Assembly (NCBI GenBank): GCA_003427395.1 | Contig: BFEA01000033.1 | Location: 3,115,913-3,179,912, forward strand | Reading direction: 5' to 3' | DNA length: 64,000 nt | Origin: Chara braunii | Taxonomy: Eukaryota > Plantae > Charophyceae | Shown here: piece by piece, positions 23,101 to 35,779 of the stretch | How the letters are laid out: each line of letters begins with the position of its first letter | Position numbering within the stretch: position 1 is the first letter of the stretch | Position numbers and translations under genes: made by a program | Notes under the pieces: generated by a model | The model's input: the letters and a program-made list of their open reading frames with translations, nothing else | What the model was told of the DNA's origin: nothing | The model's database searches: none

Positions 23101-26100
23101 TCTCTTGTCCGCAGGCGAACTTTACCCCTCAAACACGGGTCCTAACCGAGACCTTGGGTATCNAACTTTTGGCATTAATGTCCAAAGTTGCCAGTTGTCC
23201 TGCCCGAAGCCTAATACAGGAGGNCGAGCAGTCTCCATNTTGACCCACCATAGTCCTGCTGATCAGGCCGGAGCTGCGGCCTACCATGTTTGTTATATTA
23301 ACAGTAGTTCCCGTATTGGTTGAGCAATGACGGGTAAGTCCTATCATCAAAGACTACATCCGACCCGTCTGATAACTACCTGAATTGANTCCTTCAGCAA
23401 GGTGGTCACCCCTCANGTCTCAACTCCAGGCNAAAACCAGAAGGTCCGCTGCCTGGTTATACTTGGCNAGCAGCCCACGTCGGGAGTTACGTCCCTACGA
23501 TGCCAATTTTTCACCACAGGCTTGGTAATTAAGTCCCTCAGACTGACCTCCTGAAGTGGATGAACGATGTTAANAAAAANATTTTAATCCTTGTCAGGTT
23601 GCCACTTGGTGGATGAACAAGGACCATCGTTAGGCTGNCACTCAGGGATTGTGTCCTCCAATTCTTGATTACAGCTCGGTCAGACACGCGTCTCGGGGAT
23701 CTTTTGAAAATATACCAAAAAATTTTGTTTTATGAAAAAAAATGTTNGCTTCCACGTTACCATTGATGCAAAGATATCTNACAAGACATCGACNTATTCG
23801 AGTGANTTCCTCGTTTGGATCTCACAAACTTATCTCAGACTAACCACATAGAGTAATGAGCGGCGACCTTTCAAGACATACCTTTGATGTCTTTGCAAGC
23901 ACGACACTTATCGTGCCTGTCTAAAAATAATAATTTCAAGGTTCAAAAACTCAGTTTAGGTCATCGTCATACTGATTCTTGAGGCTTTGCTATCAATAAT
24001 ACTTTGCACGAATGTTCGCATAATACTCATATCTGAAAAATTAAGCTAAACTGCCCCAAAAGGATTAAACCTTTCGACGACAGTTATCAAAACTCAGTCA
24101 CACTCATTCATCTAGATCGATATCCTCAATGAAGAAACATGTCATAAGCAACTCTTTACTGTACGCAGTGTATTCCCCCAGTTTTCACGAACCTCTACAA
24201 TACAAGTGTAAATGACATTCTCCTGCCAAAAGAAGGAATATAAACTTATGATAGCAGAAAAATGTTTGAGACTGTAAGGAACATAATCACAATTCATACA
24301 ATACCAAAACAATCAGTCATACCAATTCAAACAAACAACAACTGTTACTTCGTTATTAATGAGAACAATCGTCACAATTGACACTGCACGAGAACAGAAT
24401 CACAACGAAGTTTTACAATGAAAATGATAACAATGACATAAAATATATTACTCCTTCAGGCTTAGTAGGGGTATATCGTGTCGAGGGGTGGTGTAATCCG
24501 ATGAAAGGATAACATCCCAGATCCCAGCCCCGCTTCAAAGACTGAGCCTCACCACATCTTCCTCCGATTCCGATGTTGCGACTCCACTAATCGACTTCTT
24601 AATAGAGTAGGACAACCTCACCTCCCATAGCCGCGGTTAGTGAGACCTCGACTAGGAAGGTGAGACGACTCTGCTCGACACGCGGTTAGGTCANTACTCC
24701 TTCCCTTGTGGCGAACAGCAGTCGCCTTTTCTACAAGCANCNTCTTGATACGATCACAACACCTTCCTTACTNTCAACGGTAATNTAGTCANCTCTCCTG
24801 TGCAAGAAAAAATGACAACACCCCACTGGGGACCAGGAACATTGTTCTGGCGTGAGTCTCACTACCGCCTATANGACTTAACTATACCCTCTTCAAACCT
24901 CTCCGCCAAAGGTATCAATCAACGTTGCAATCTCCCAAAAGGACANGTTCTGCATGCTGACCTCACGTAAGAAAATTNNTTCTNTTCAAAGGTTGGTCAC
25001 TCCATTTACCTTCGGTCCCATGCCGAATGTGGATTTCATGCAGCCTTCCTACCCCTTTTTAAGGAAAGCAATTCTTAAACATACACTGGCAGACGCAAAC
25101 AGTCGCCAAGCAATCAATAACTATATACAAAACAAGTTCAAACTTCTCTCAACCAAGAACAAAAACATACAATGATATGTCATTTGAAACAAATATCAGT
25201 CATTCCCACACAAATTCATTCATACCATGTCATATACATTTACCATTGTGAGAATAAGTAATCTTATCACTCTTTATATAAAACTGAAGTTCGAGGAGTT
25301 GGGTTGTCCTAAAGTAGACACTCCCATACTCCGGTTGTATTGAGTAACCAATCGATAATGGTCCGAGTCTATTCACGTAGCTTTAAAAATAAGATACATA
25401 TAATTAAACTCTCTATGCAATGACTCATAAACTAAGTCGTCATCGTACTCTATCATATACAACCTTAAACAGACACCTACTTTTCATGTAGACGACCTGA
25501 TATTATGTCTACTATACTATTTTGTCCCTTAATGATTAGCTAGTCACTGAGTGGATAATTAATTTGTATCTCATGACCCTCTAAAGGTTAAATTATACTT
25601 TTTAATAAGCAACCTCATCAATATGATTCCATACCAGATTAACATAATATTTTAATCGGATCTCTACTAAATATTTGACCCCTTAGCCATCAAGGCAATT
25701 AAGCACAATATCTCTCAGTTTATCCTATTTATCTATTTCAATCATCACTCAGTATGTATATAATCAGGTTTGTACGCTACAACGTCCTATACCTCAAGCT
25801 TGTCCTTCTAAACTCCAAGACTCCTTTGTATTTTGACAGATCCTTAATATATCATCGTTTACTATCCCCAAATGCACCTATCATACAGAGGCGCATGACC
25901 TTCTGCCATTACAACTTCACGAATTCGCTACCCTTGTAGGCAAATACCCTCGTCATCATACCATATTAGGTAGACCCTTGGAGAAGACAATTATCTCAAG
26001 TAGATCATGATAGAATCATATGACACACGGTACATCCTCTCAGTAAGACAACCGCTGAGAGACCGGGTCTACCATTAAGACCTATATCTTATGACTTCAA

Positions 26101-28360
26101 AATTCGATGATTTGGTTAGATTGTGTAAATAATAACTAATAGGGTTATCTTTAATTTATAATCTTGTCCTGAGCCTCTATGACAAACGACCTAGCCAACG
26201 GACATAATCTTTACGTATCCTATCTACCAAGCAATGCAACATTTATAGGCATTGTCAACGCGATTTCACAATTTTTCTTCATACGTGTAACACCCGAAAT
26301 TTCCATTCTACAGTATCTCAATTCATATATGGTAAGTTACATTAGTTAATTTAAAGGTTGTCGTTTTTCCTCGATCATCGTCTTACCAAACCCGAGTGCG
26401 TTCACTGAGGACCTCGGCTGGAAAGCGAGATCCCCGACAAAAGCGACACCTGTCGCGTGCGGCGGTTCCACACCCAGACGTAAAGTAGTATTCGGTGTTG
26501 AACCTCATGGTCGTGTCACGCAGGAGTTTTATAGGCGTTTCAGCGAAAAGACCAACTCCGACCGTGCGCGCGTGCTATACCTCTCACGACTCCCTACGAC
26601 AGGTTAGGGAGCCCACGAGGTACAACATACCTCCACCTGAGAGAGCTGTCACCATCCCTTAGGTGGGCGTATCCCTGCTGAGCTACTAACTCACGTGCGA
26701 AGGCTTTTACTTGCAGTCGCAGAGGTAAGCCAGCCGAGGGCGTTTTCTCGATCGCCGTAACATAGGTATACGTGTGGTTGAACGCCTAAGACTGACCCGT
26801 ATATACGTCGGGCATCAGGGCGCTGATCTCCCAGACCGACTTACAATCAGGTCGACTTGACTGACGAACGTTCGCGCAATACTACGCTTTGCCTAGAAAT
26901 AGTTTCTATAGGTATGACTCATAACCTATTCCAGGTTCAAGCAAGACCCCTCTCAGTACTTAAATTACTAGGGGTTGCGCATAAGACAAATACCTATCCT
27001 ACCTAGTGATTTAGCCCACCCTACATATCTTTCTTTGAAAAAACTTTTAACCATAGCATGCATACATGCGAAGCGAGATAAGGCTGAGAAATAAGGCGAG
27101 GAGATGTCTTTTACATTTTACACAAACAAAGGCAAACATCAGAAATGAACGAAGCTTTGACTTTTGAAAGAGAAACACTCAATAGGCTCTTCGGCCTTTC
27201 AACAAAAATCACAGATAAAAGTAGGCTCATGGCCTGTCAAATATGTATCGAAAATAAAAGATAGGCTCATGGCCTGTCAAAGAAGAATGATATGAATAAG
27301 GCTCTCGGTCTTTGCCAATTGTCCTAATCTATTCAACATCAAAAGGGTAAAAGTCGGAAGCCCAAACCAAATGTACAAAGGTTACGAGTCGACGAAATGT
27401 CTGAGTCGAGGCTCAGGTAAGCATAAGCAATCTAGTAGAGTGAATAGTACGCGGTTGGTCGTCTTAGTGACCGGCAGACAAGAGTCAATCACATTACACA
27501 ATCCTAGCAGAGTCAACCATTCATTCACTTTCACACACACCACACTTACGCTTCCAATCCTTTTAACCAGACATTCCCCTTTCGACTTAGTCATTCAAGG
27601 ACCTCTTTTAACCAAACACAGACCCTTTAGACAAATGACCCGAAAACAGAGATGTCGTTTAGTGCAAAGGTTGATGCAAAGTGTGGGTGTAGAGGTGAGT
27701 GAAGGTTGAGTCGGATAACCAACCTGTTACCATATGGCAACAGCATGTAGTCTTGCATTGACTCATAATGAGTCTTCTTGATTAAGATGACCTGCAAATA
27801 CACACAGGTCACAAGATCTCAATATCTCCCTCACTATCGCCCCACAAGAAGTTCAGCGATGTGAACTTTAGTTCTATAATTGAACTTTAATATAGTTCGA
27901 TCAAATGTATGTATAAAATAAGAAGACCCCGACAGAAGTCTTTATCTCATACTTACTCAAGCAGTAGGATAACTCAGACATGAGTACCTCACCACCTGTT
28001 TTAGTCTAACTGGTTTAGACTTGGACAGACCATGGGATGACCCGCACAGCAGTACCCCACATCTAGTCTGTTTACCTAACTATCTAAGATATGTATGCAT
28101 GTAGAGACGAGTAATAGGATGTTCCTCACCGTGGAGCCTTATCTTGTCACCCGTCCTACATCCATTCATCAATCAATCCACACTTACACTTGCTCTAGAA
28201 CCACGTGCGCGAACCTAGGCAATGGCTTTAGCTAGGTATTGGTTCACCTGCATATGTCTGATTGTAATGACAATCAGATCAGAACAGACGGTGTAGGCAA
28301 TGAAATAGTAACAACAACAAATAACAATAATAGTAATAATAATAATAATAATAATAATTA

Positions 28361-28406
<46 letters not shown>

Positions 28407-30440
28407 TAATAATATAATAAAATAATAATAATAATAATAATAATAATACAAGAAAATGAATGAACGCGATACGCAAAGGTCTAAGTCACGATCAATCATG
28501 CAGAAGTCCTGATAATCATGAAACGAGCAGAGTTGAAATGCATCTCATCCAAATAAGAGCGATGTAGTGATCTCGTGAACAAACGGTCAAACCCGCAGTG
28601 GTCAATGTCACTCCTACTATCTGGTGCCCGGTCTATTGTACTCATCCTGCCTGTTCTTCCCCCTACCTTTGCAACAGACTCACTTCAATCTTTGAAAACC
28701 AATGTGCATGACGTCAGTACCATAGTTGACTTCTCACACGCACCAGATACGTATCTCTCTCTCTCTTGCTCTTTATCTCTTTCTATATCTCACTCTCCGT
28801 GTGTATGTGTCTTAGGAATCGCAACTGTAGCATAAATCCTGGTTTCTACAATGCCAAAAGTCAAGTCTGCAGTCTTCCGAAAGATCCGGAAGTGACATTT
28901 CCTGAGTCCAAGTAGGAAGTCTGTATGCAAGTGGGCAAGTGGGCAGTCAACCCAGTCCATTCATCGGTACCCAGTCCCGGTCGCACTAGTCAAGTCAGCA
29001 AGCTCCGTGTGGGACTGTGTGCACCAAGGCCCAGCGAGGTAGCTGCTGCAGCGGACGTCGTTGTGTGTGCCGCTATTGTTATTGCTAACGTGTGTCCAAT
29101 TCTTGTTGCTACCTTCGTGTTTGTGTGTCAGTCTGTTCGCATGCAGTTACCCAGACAACTGCAGATCCAAGAAGAAGTTTGTCACTGTACACAGTCCAGG
29201 CCCTTAGCCGGGAGTTAATCTATATGACTGCGGGTAGGGAACCCGGGACCAGTTTTGCTGTGTTGTCTTGTCGCTGGTTTAATGCTGGTTGCGCGCTGGT
29301 GCTGCGGATGACGCGGGACTGTGGCAGCATGTTGGCGCTGTATATTCTGTGCGTCAGGCATTCCTGATGTGGCGCATCCAATTGATCCACATTGCTGATG
29401 TGGCGCATGCCATCATTCTGTAGTGCTGAAGCGGCGCTGCCACCTGCCTACATTGCTGATGTGACCCCTGCCACCTGTCTCTACTGCTGACGTGGTATTG
29501 CCACTAGTTTCCGCTGCTGTGGCGCTGCCGCCTGGCTCAACAGTTGACGCGACATTCGTTACCTTGTCTACAGTGCTGGCATAGGTCATCAGTCTATACT
29601 GCTGATCTGGTGCCGGCCATCTGTCTGCAATGCTGGTGTGGCATTGCTATTTGTCTGCATTGTTGTCGTGGCACAGACCACTTGTCTGCAAAGCTGATGT
29701 GGCGTTGCCACTGGTCTACATTATTGTTGTAGTGCAGGCCACCTATTGCCATTGCTGTGGTGATGTTGCCGCCTGTCTCGTCCGCTGTCGTGACATTGGC
29801 CATGCTGTCTTCCTACGGCTGTGGCACATGCCACCTGTCTCTACTGCTGATGTGGCATTGCCACTAGTTTCAACTGTTGTGGCGCACGCCATATGTCCGC
29901 CGTGCTGATGTGGTGCATCCCACTGATCTACTTTGCTGATGTCGCGCACGCCACCTGTCTACACTGCTGTAGTGGCGCAGGCCACGCTGCCTACATGTTG
30001 ATGCGGTGCAGGCCACTCGTTCATACTGATGATGTGGCTTGCCACTGGTCTACACAACCGCTGTGGCACTGCCGCCTGTCTGCTGCTGACGCGGCATTGG
30101 CCACGCTGTCTACATGATAATGTGGCGCATGCCACTTGCCTATATTGTTGAGGTGGCATTGCCACGCTGTCTGCAGTGCTGATGTGGCACCCCTCTTGTC
30201 TACACTGCTGTGGCATTGCCGCTTGTCTGCTGCTGACGCGACATTGGCCTCGCTGTTTACAACGCAGTTGTGGCTCATGCCACTGATCTACACTGCCTTC
30301 TTCGTCTACTGGTTACGAGACATTGTAGCAGATATCACTTCCCCGGTTATGGAAGATACTGCACAGATCTGAGTCTACCTGTAGTACAGCACCTAACGAG
30401 TAGCTTTCTGTCTGGGTTTTTCACAACAATCAACAACAAC

Positions 30441-30478
<38 letters not shown>

Positions 30479-30890
30479 GATCACCATCAATGAGTGTGAA
30501 CGGTATACAAAAACCCAAGTTGTGAAATCACACAGATGTCGAAGTAGTCGTTTGCAAGCGGAGAATACAAATGCACCAAGAAACCATCCATATAGAGCAA
30601 TACAATGAAGTAATGAGTCAATGTCCAGGCCCGTAGGCCACACCAACATAGTATCCAAAGTTGCTCTTTCTCTGTTTCTTTTTTTCTCTCTCTTGTTTGT
30701 TTATTTGTTTCTTTATGCGTGTATGTTTGTCTATCTGTTCCTTTCTGCGTGTGTATATGTTTGTCTGTTTCTTTGTGTGTATGTGTTTGTCTGTTTCTTT
30801 CTGTGTGTGTACCTGTCTGTGCTTTTGTCTGTCTGTTTCTTTCTGTGTGTGTACCTGTCTGTGTTTTTGTCTGTCTGTCTCTCCCTCTCC
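20128..30890 (-). mobile_element. Segment B: inverted sister copy (partial LTR - PBS - interior - partial LTR)
   Basis: 30890->26451 is the reverse complement of 6496-10897. Degenerate PBS at 26431-26448 (14/18). Interior 26450->22646 mirrors 10898-14703. The LTR start at 22645 runs to 20128 (equivalent to ~3540). Confidence 0.85.
21795..21881 (-). ncRNA. Copy of the putative Pol III small RNA (segment B)
   Basis: Reverse complement of the 15468-15553 copy. Confidence 0.35.
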
Positions 30891-32487
30891 TGATTTTGCT
30901 CACCCTTGCAGAGCCCTGTCGTGGCCTTGAATCGATCGACCGAAGTACTCTCTCTATCTCACTCTCTCACACGCCCTCACACAAATACACACGCACACCC
31001 ATAGTAGTGAATATTTTGACGTTTTGGCGGGAGATTCAATCTATTTTGCTCATCCTTTCGATGGATGTTGCACGAAGCCAGCCGCAGCCTTGGACTTTTT
31101 CCCATTGCCCGGTATGCGGGTCAACGAACTGATCGAAGCACTTTCTCTTTCTCTCTCTCTTTCACACACACACACACACACCCATATATACACACATAGT
31201 AAAGATTCGTCGTTCTAGATGGAGGTTCGATTGATCCCGCTCAGCCTTTCGATTGATGTCGCGGGATGAATAGATCGAAGTACCCCTTCTCTCTCTTGCT
31301 CTCATCTCTCTTTCTCTCATACTCTCATACACACACACACACATACATGCACACATACACGTACACATATACATACGTAATCAAGATTCGATTGACTTTG
31401 CTCATTCTCTCGATGAAAGTCGTGCGAGGCCAGCCGCGGCCTAAGTCGATCGAGCACTCTCTCTCTCTCACACATTCACACACACACACATGTAGAGTAG
31501 CGAATCTTTTGACTCAGTAGTAAAATATTCGATCGATTTCGCCCAATGAATCGATCGAAGTGCTTTCCTTCTTTTACTCACACACACGCACATACACACA
31601 CTCATACACACACATATACACACACATATACACACGTAGTCAAGATTCGATCGACTTTGCTCATTCCCTTTAGATAGAGTCAGGCGAGGGAAGTAGTGGA
31701 ATAGGAGACCTACCTGTTTTCTTTTCTCGCTCCCTCGTCGTCGTCGTAGTCAGCCATAGTGGATCGACCATTCGTACCTTAATTACAATGTCCCAAGATC
31801 CTCACCTGGATGTCGTCGTCGCCGACCGTAAGGGAGGTAAGTCTTTCCTCCCCCTCCGTCTCCTTCCTTCTCTCTCCTCCTTCTTCTTCCTATTCTTCCT
31901 CCTTTTCCCCCTTCTTCCTCCTCCTCCTTCCTCGCGCACCTTTCTCCTTCCTAGTCCGACGCTACCTCTGGTGTATGCAGGCACTACCCTTGCTGCATGC
32001 GCTATCCCCACACTTGCCTCTTCTTTTGCATATCCTATCTCCGCTCCCTCCTCGCGCTCCCCTTTCTTCCTTCGCTCGTCCTCTGCGGAAGATCCCAGCG
32101 TTGGGGCGGATCCAGCTCTACCGGCCTCTTTGCGATCCGAATTCTCTTGTTGGATCCGCCATGGACTCAGAGCCAGATTCACGAGGGAGATCTACCACGG
32201 GGCCTAAAAGAAAAAGAGGACAACCGAACTTAAACTGAAAAGGGAGTTGAATCTAGAATAAAATAAAAGAAAAGATAACGAAAATCCAAAGACTATAGCT
32301 ACTAACTACCCCGTTGTGCCAACTGTCACAATGGGCCTAACTTCGTTTAGCCCTCATTCGGAGGTCACGGGTTCGAATCCCTGCTACCCTGAATGGGCCT
32401 AACTTCGTTTAGCCCTCATTCGGAGGTCACGGGTTCGAATCCCTGCTACCCTGAGGTCGGGGAAAAAATTATTTAAAGCTCCCTCTC

Positions 32488-32577
32488 AAAAGGGAGCTAG
32501 TTTCAACGGTCGGTAGGTTTTTATCCTCGTACCCCTCACTTCTAAGGCCAATACCGAAACCTACTGAGCTAGCTCCC
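32488..32577 (-). ncRNA. Diverged copy of the putative Pol III small RNA
   Basis: GGGAGCTAGCTCAGTAGG ... CTAGCTCCC TTTT: perfect 9-bp terminal stem although the interior and B box are diverged. Confidence 0.45.
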
Positions 32578-33096
32578 ATTCTTGACAGAATGGCAGCAAT
32601 TCCTGTATAGGTATTGCAGTGTGGCCTAGTCTAACTAGTGGACCGGACCCATTTCTAGGTATTGTGTGCGTTACGTTCGTTGGTATGCCTGCCTGCCTAA
32701 GTACCTATCGACTTGAGTGTGTCTGTGTCCTGCAAGGGTACTTGGTTGATCGGAAGGTCCGAAGGGCGGTACTTACCTCATGGCCGCTCTATCGATGGCC
32801 GCCTCGGGAAGAACACCCAAATGACGGGTATGATGGTACTATACTAAGTAAAGGCAGACACATCGAGTATCAGCGGCCGAGCAAGCCCGACACTCTGTGT
32901 ATCATGGCAGTAACCAACTCAATCCCCTCGACCTTTTCCTGATCGAAGGGTATTCAGTGTCAATCCTGATCATTACAGCATGCGCCAGGGTGACGAGCGA
33001 GCCCATACGAAATTCTAAGCTCGGACTAGTTCCCTCAAGGTAATTGGTGTAACCGACCCTGTCAATTGCAAAATCACGGCCGAATACCCTTGTAAG

Positions 33097-33450
33097 CTAG
33101 GTTGTTGGATCGGACGTCCGAGACCCCCCCTGACCGTCCGGGATGTCCGACCGGACGCCTGGTTTGACGTACTACCGGACAGGGGTTGTCCGACCTAGCG
33201 CAAAAAAAAAAAAAAAAAAAAACAAATTCTCAAAAAAATCTGAAACAAATATATGTTATGTAACATAATATTACAAAAAACTTTTGCCTTGGAGTCATGT
33301 TCAAAATCGCAAGTCAATCATGAGTTAAAAATCGAAAATCGAAAAAAAAAAAAAAAAAAAATTACGAAAAAAAAAACGTTTTTTTCCCGGATGACGTGGG
33401 TACCGGACGTATGGGGGAGACGTCCGGCCCCCGGACCATTGGTAACCTAG
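33097..33450. mobile_element. 354-bp MITE (hAT-like) inserted in the LTR terminal hairpin
   Basis: TIR CTAGGTT/AACCTAG. Flanking duplication CTTGTAAG (33089-33096) / CTTGTAAA (33451-33458). Subterminal CCGGAC/GTCCGG repeats. Removing it restores the hairpin seen in the other LTRs. TIR/TSD boundary is ambiguous because the target is palindromic. Confidence 0.8.
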
Positions 33451-33899
33451 CTTGTAAAGGTATTTGGTCTAACAAAAAAAAGAGAGAGAGAGCAACCATT
33501 GTCTTATCATTAATACTGTGATGTCATTTAACTCACTAACTTCTATGCGCGTTCAAGTCGTCTATCTGTATTGTCAAACGACACGGATTCACATAGTCTT
33601 TAAAAATATAAATATATATATATTAAAAAAAGTAATGACAGTGAAATATGTCCCCGGTTATCTTCGTGAGAAGGTTCGCTACTGTGTGTCAATCAATTGG
33701 TCAAGCGACCGGTCTTTATGTTCAAATTGCACGCAGTAATGAACTTATCTTCGACACTCCTGACGGCAATTCATGCCTTACGAAGTACTGCTCTGTCTTC
33801 TATTTATGAGGCCTCTCAACGCTTTCACTAGGTGTGGGGTCACCGCTGTGCCAATACCTTTTGCAACTGCAGCACAGCGCGCTAGTCGGTCCACCACGG

Positions 33900-34971
33900 A
33901 CTGACGAAATTGGTGAACAATTCTTTCGTTGATCTGCACTCTATTAACAACTTTCAGTATGTCCTTAACTCTTACATCCGTCGGCGCAGTTGCTGCAAGA
34001 AATTGTATTATTGTGGCAGTGACGCAACATACATAAACAGTATTAAACACTACAGTCGGTGAAATTGTTCTGCTGCGGACATTCCGCATGCAAGAGTGTA
34101 CATCCTAGTAGATCTCTACATGCTACTCACGACATATCAACCTTTATCGGAGTCAACACCCTCGTGTTGAATGCCTCAAAGAGATACTCGTGCCACATAA
34201 AGGTTCGCAAGGCCTTCCATCATTCCTCTCATTTCTTCCCTTTGAAGGAGTCAAGAACGATGACAATAAGAGGTTCGTCGACATTGTTGTTCTGATTGAC
34301 TGCCAAGAACATGCAGCAACATAAGCAAAATCAAATATTTCTTATGATTCACATGTATTACGGTAGCTGTCGTGCATCGTAGTTCATTGCTTAGTCGATG
34401 CAACTTCCATGGTTTGTTCTTGATCGCGTCCTTCCATCCGCTTTTCGCCACATGCACTTTCTGATTAGCAATGATTTGGGCGTGCCAGAAAGTTGTACAC
34501 ACATGGACTGTTGCGTTGTCCCGTGCCGGTGAGTGTTCTTCATACACAGACTGCAAATAAATGTAGATAATGTTGTCGTTCAGCCATTCATTATCGCTCA
34601 ATCGTGAAATGTCGGGACAATTGGTCCTCATCAAACATGTTTGTCTTCTCTTCTTTTGTTCTAGCCATGTCCTCAACTTTCGCCATTTTTTTAATACCGG
34701 ACGACTTTTCAACCATCAGCTGGGGAGACTTTACTTCACCCTCCGTCATTATTTCATACATTTCTGCGTACCAAGGGTCCTTCAACATTTTTTTCCACCT
34801 CTTCATTGACCTCTCACTGGTCAATGACAACAACGGTTTGCTTACGATCTCTCTGCATGAGTCTTCATCGTTATTTGTTGTCCTGGGAATGGTCGTCGTT
34901 TCTACACCTATATACAAACACATCTCACCGCCACCACCCGTGTTGCTTTTCCGTGACTCTGTCATGCTCAC
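33900..34971 (-). pseudogene. Decayed Ulp1-like (peptidase C48, SUMO protease family) gene
   Basis: Motifs across frames: LSDNEWLNDNIIYIYL, CTTFW, IVLDSF, and CPQQNNFTDCSV (QQxNxxDCG catalytic Cys motif, ~34050-34080). Stops and frameshifts present; ends approximate. Confidence 0.8.
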
Positions 34972-35139
34972 TCAACTTCTCTTACCTACACCGTCTTATT
35001 TAGTGACCGATGTCGCTCCGACCCGAACGGTACGTGAGGTCCTTGGTTTGTCTTCCTGTTCACACGTGTCAGTCAAATTGGCATGACACACAGAAAATGT
35101 TATGTTTTTGGCTACTTGCAAGGGTTTTTATAAAATACT

Positions 35140-35219
<80 letters not shown>

Positions 35220-35547
35220 GGCTACTGCGTACCAAAATTGATTCAATGTCTCTATTGACCACGTAATTGTCACGGAGTAGTGAACTTTGGGGTGAACTTT
35301 AGTCTCACATGTGGTTTTCACCACTTCACAAGGTTGGGCACATTTGAGATGATGATTCTCAACAAATGATAGAAAGAAAGAAACAAATGTTCTTTTTTGT
35401 TCCCCTATACTTCGGAAGAAAGACGTCTCTCTCTCTCTCTCCCACTCTCTCGCATGTAAGACCATAACTAAACAACATGAGTTTCTCACAAGGCAATAGA
35501 TAGAAAGACATGTTTTTTTTTGTTCTTCTGTACTTCTTTTAAAAACG

Positions 35548-35601
<54 letters not shown>

Positions 35602-35632
35602 TTTTTTTCTTCTTCTGTACTTCTTTTAAAAA

Positions 35633-35673
<41 letters not shown>

Positions 35674-35779
35674 CCCTACCTGTGCCTCTCTCTTATGTGT
35701 GACCATAACGAAACAACATTGGTTTCTCACAAGGCGCCCTTCTCTAATACCAAAGTAACAAACTTTTCATTTGTTTCTT

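Larger units (their letters stand above)
30891..33474 (-). mobile_element. 5' part of an older, diverged LTR of the same superfamily
   Basis: Minus strand starts TGTTAGACCAAATACC at 33474. It has the split terminal hairpin, the Pol III-like unit (32488-32577), the B-box unit (32331-32454) and the GA-rich tract in the same order as LTRs A and C. Confidence 0.75.
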
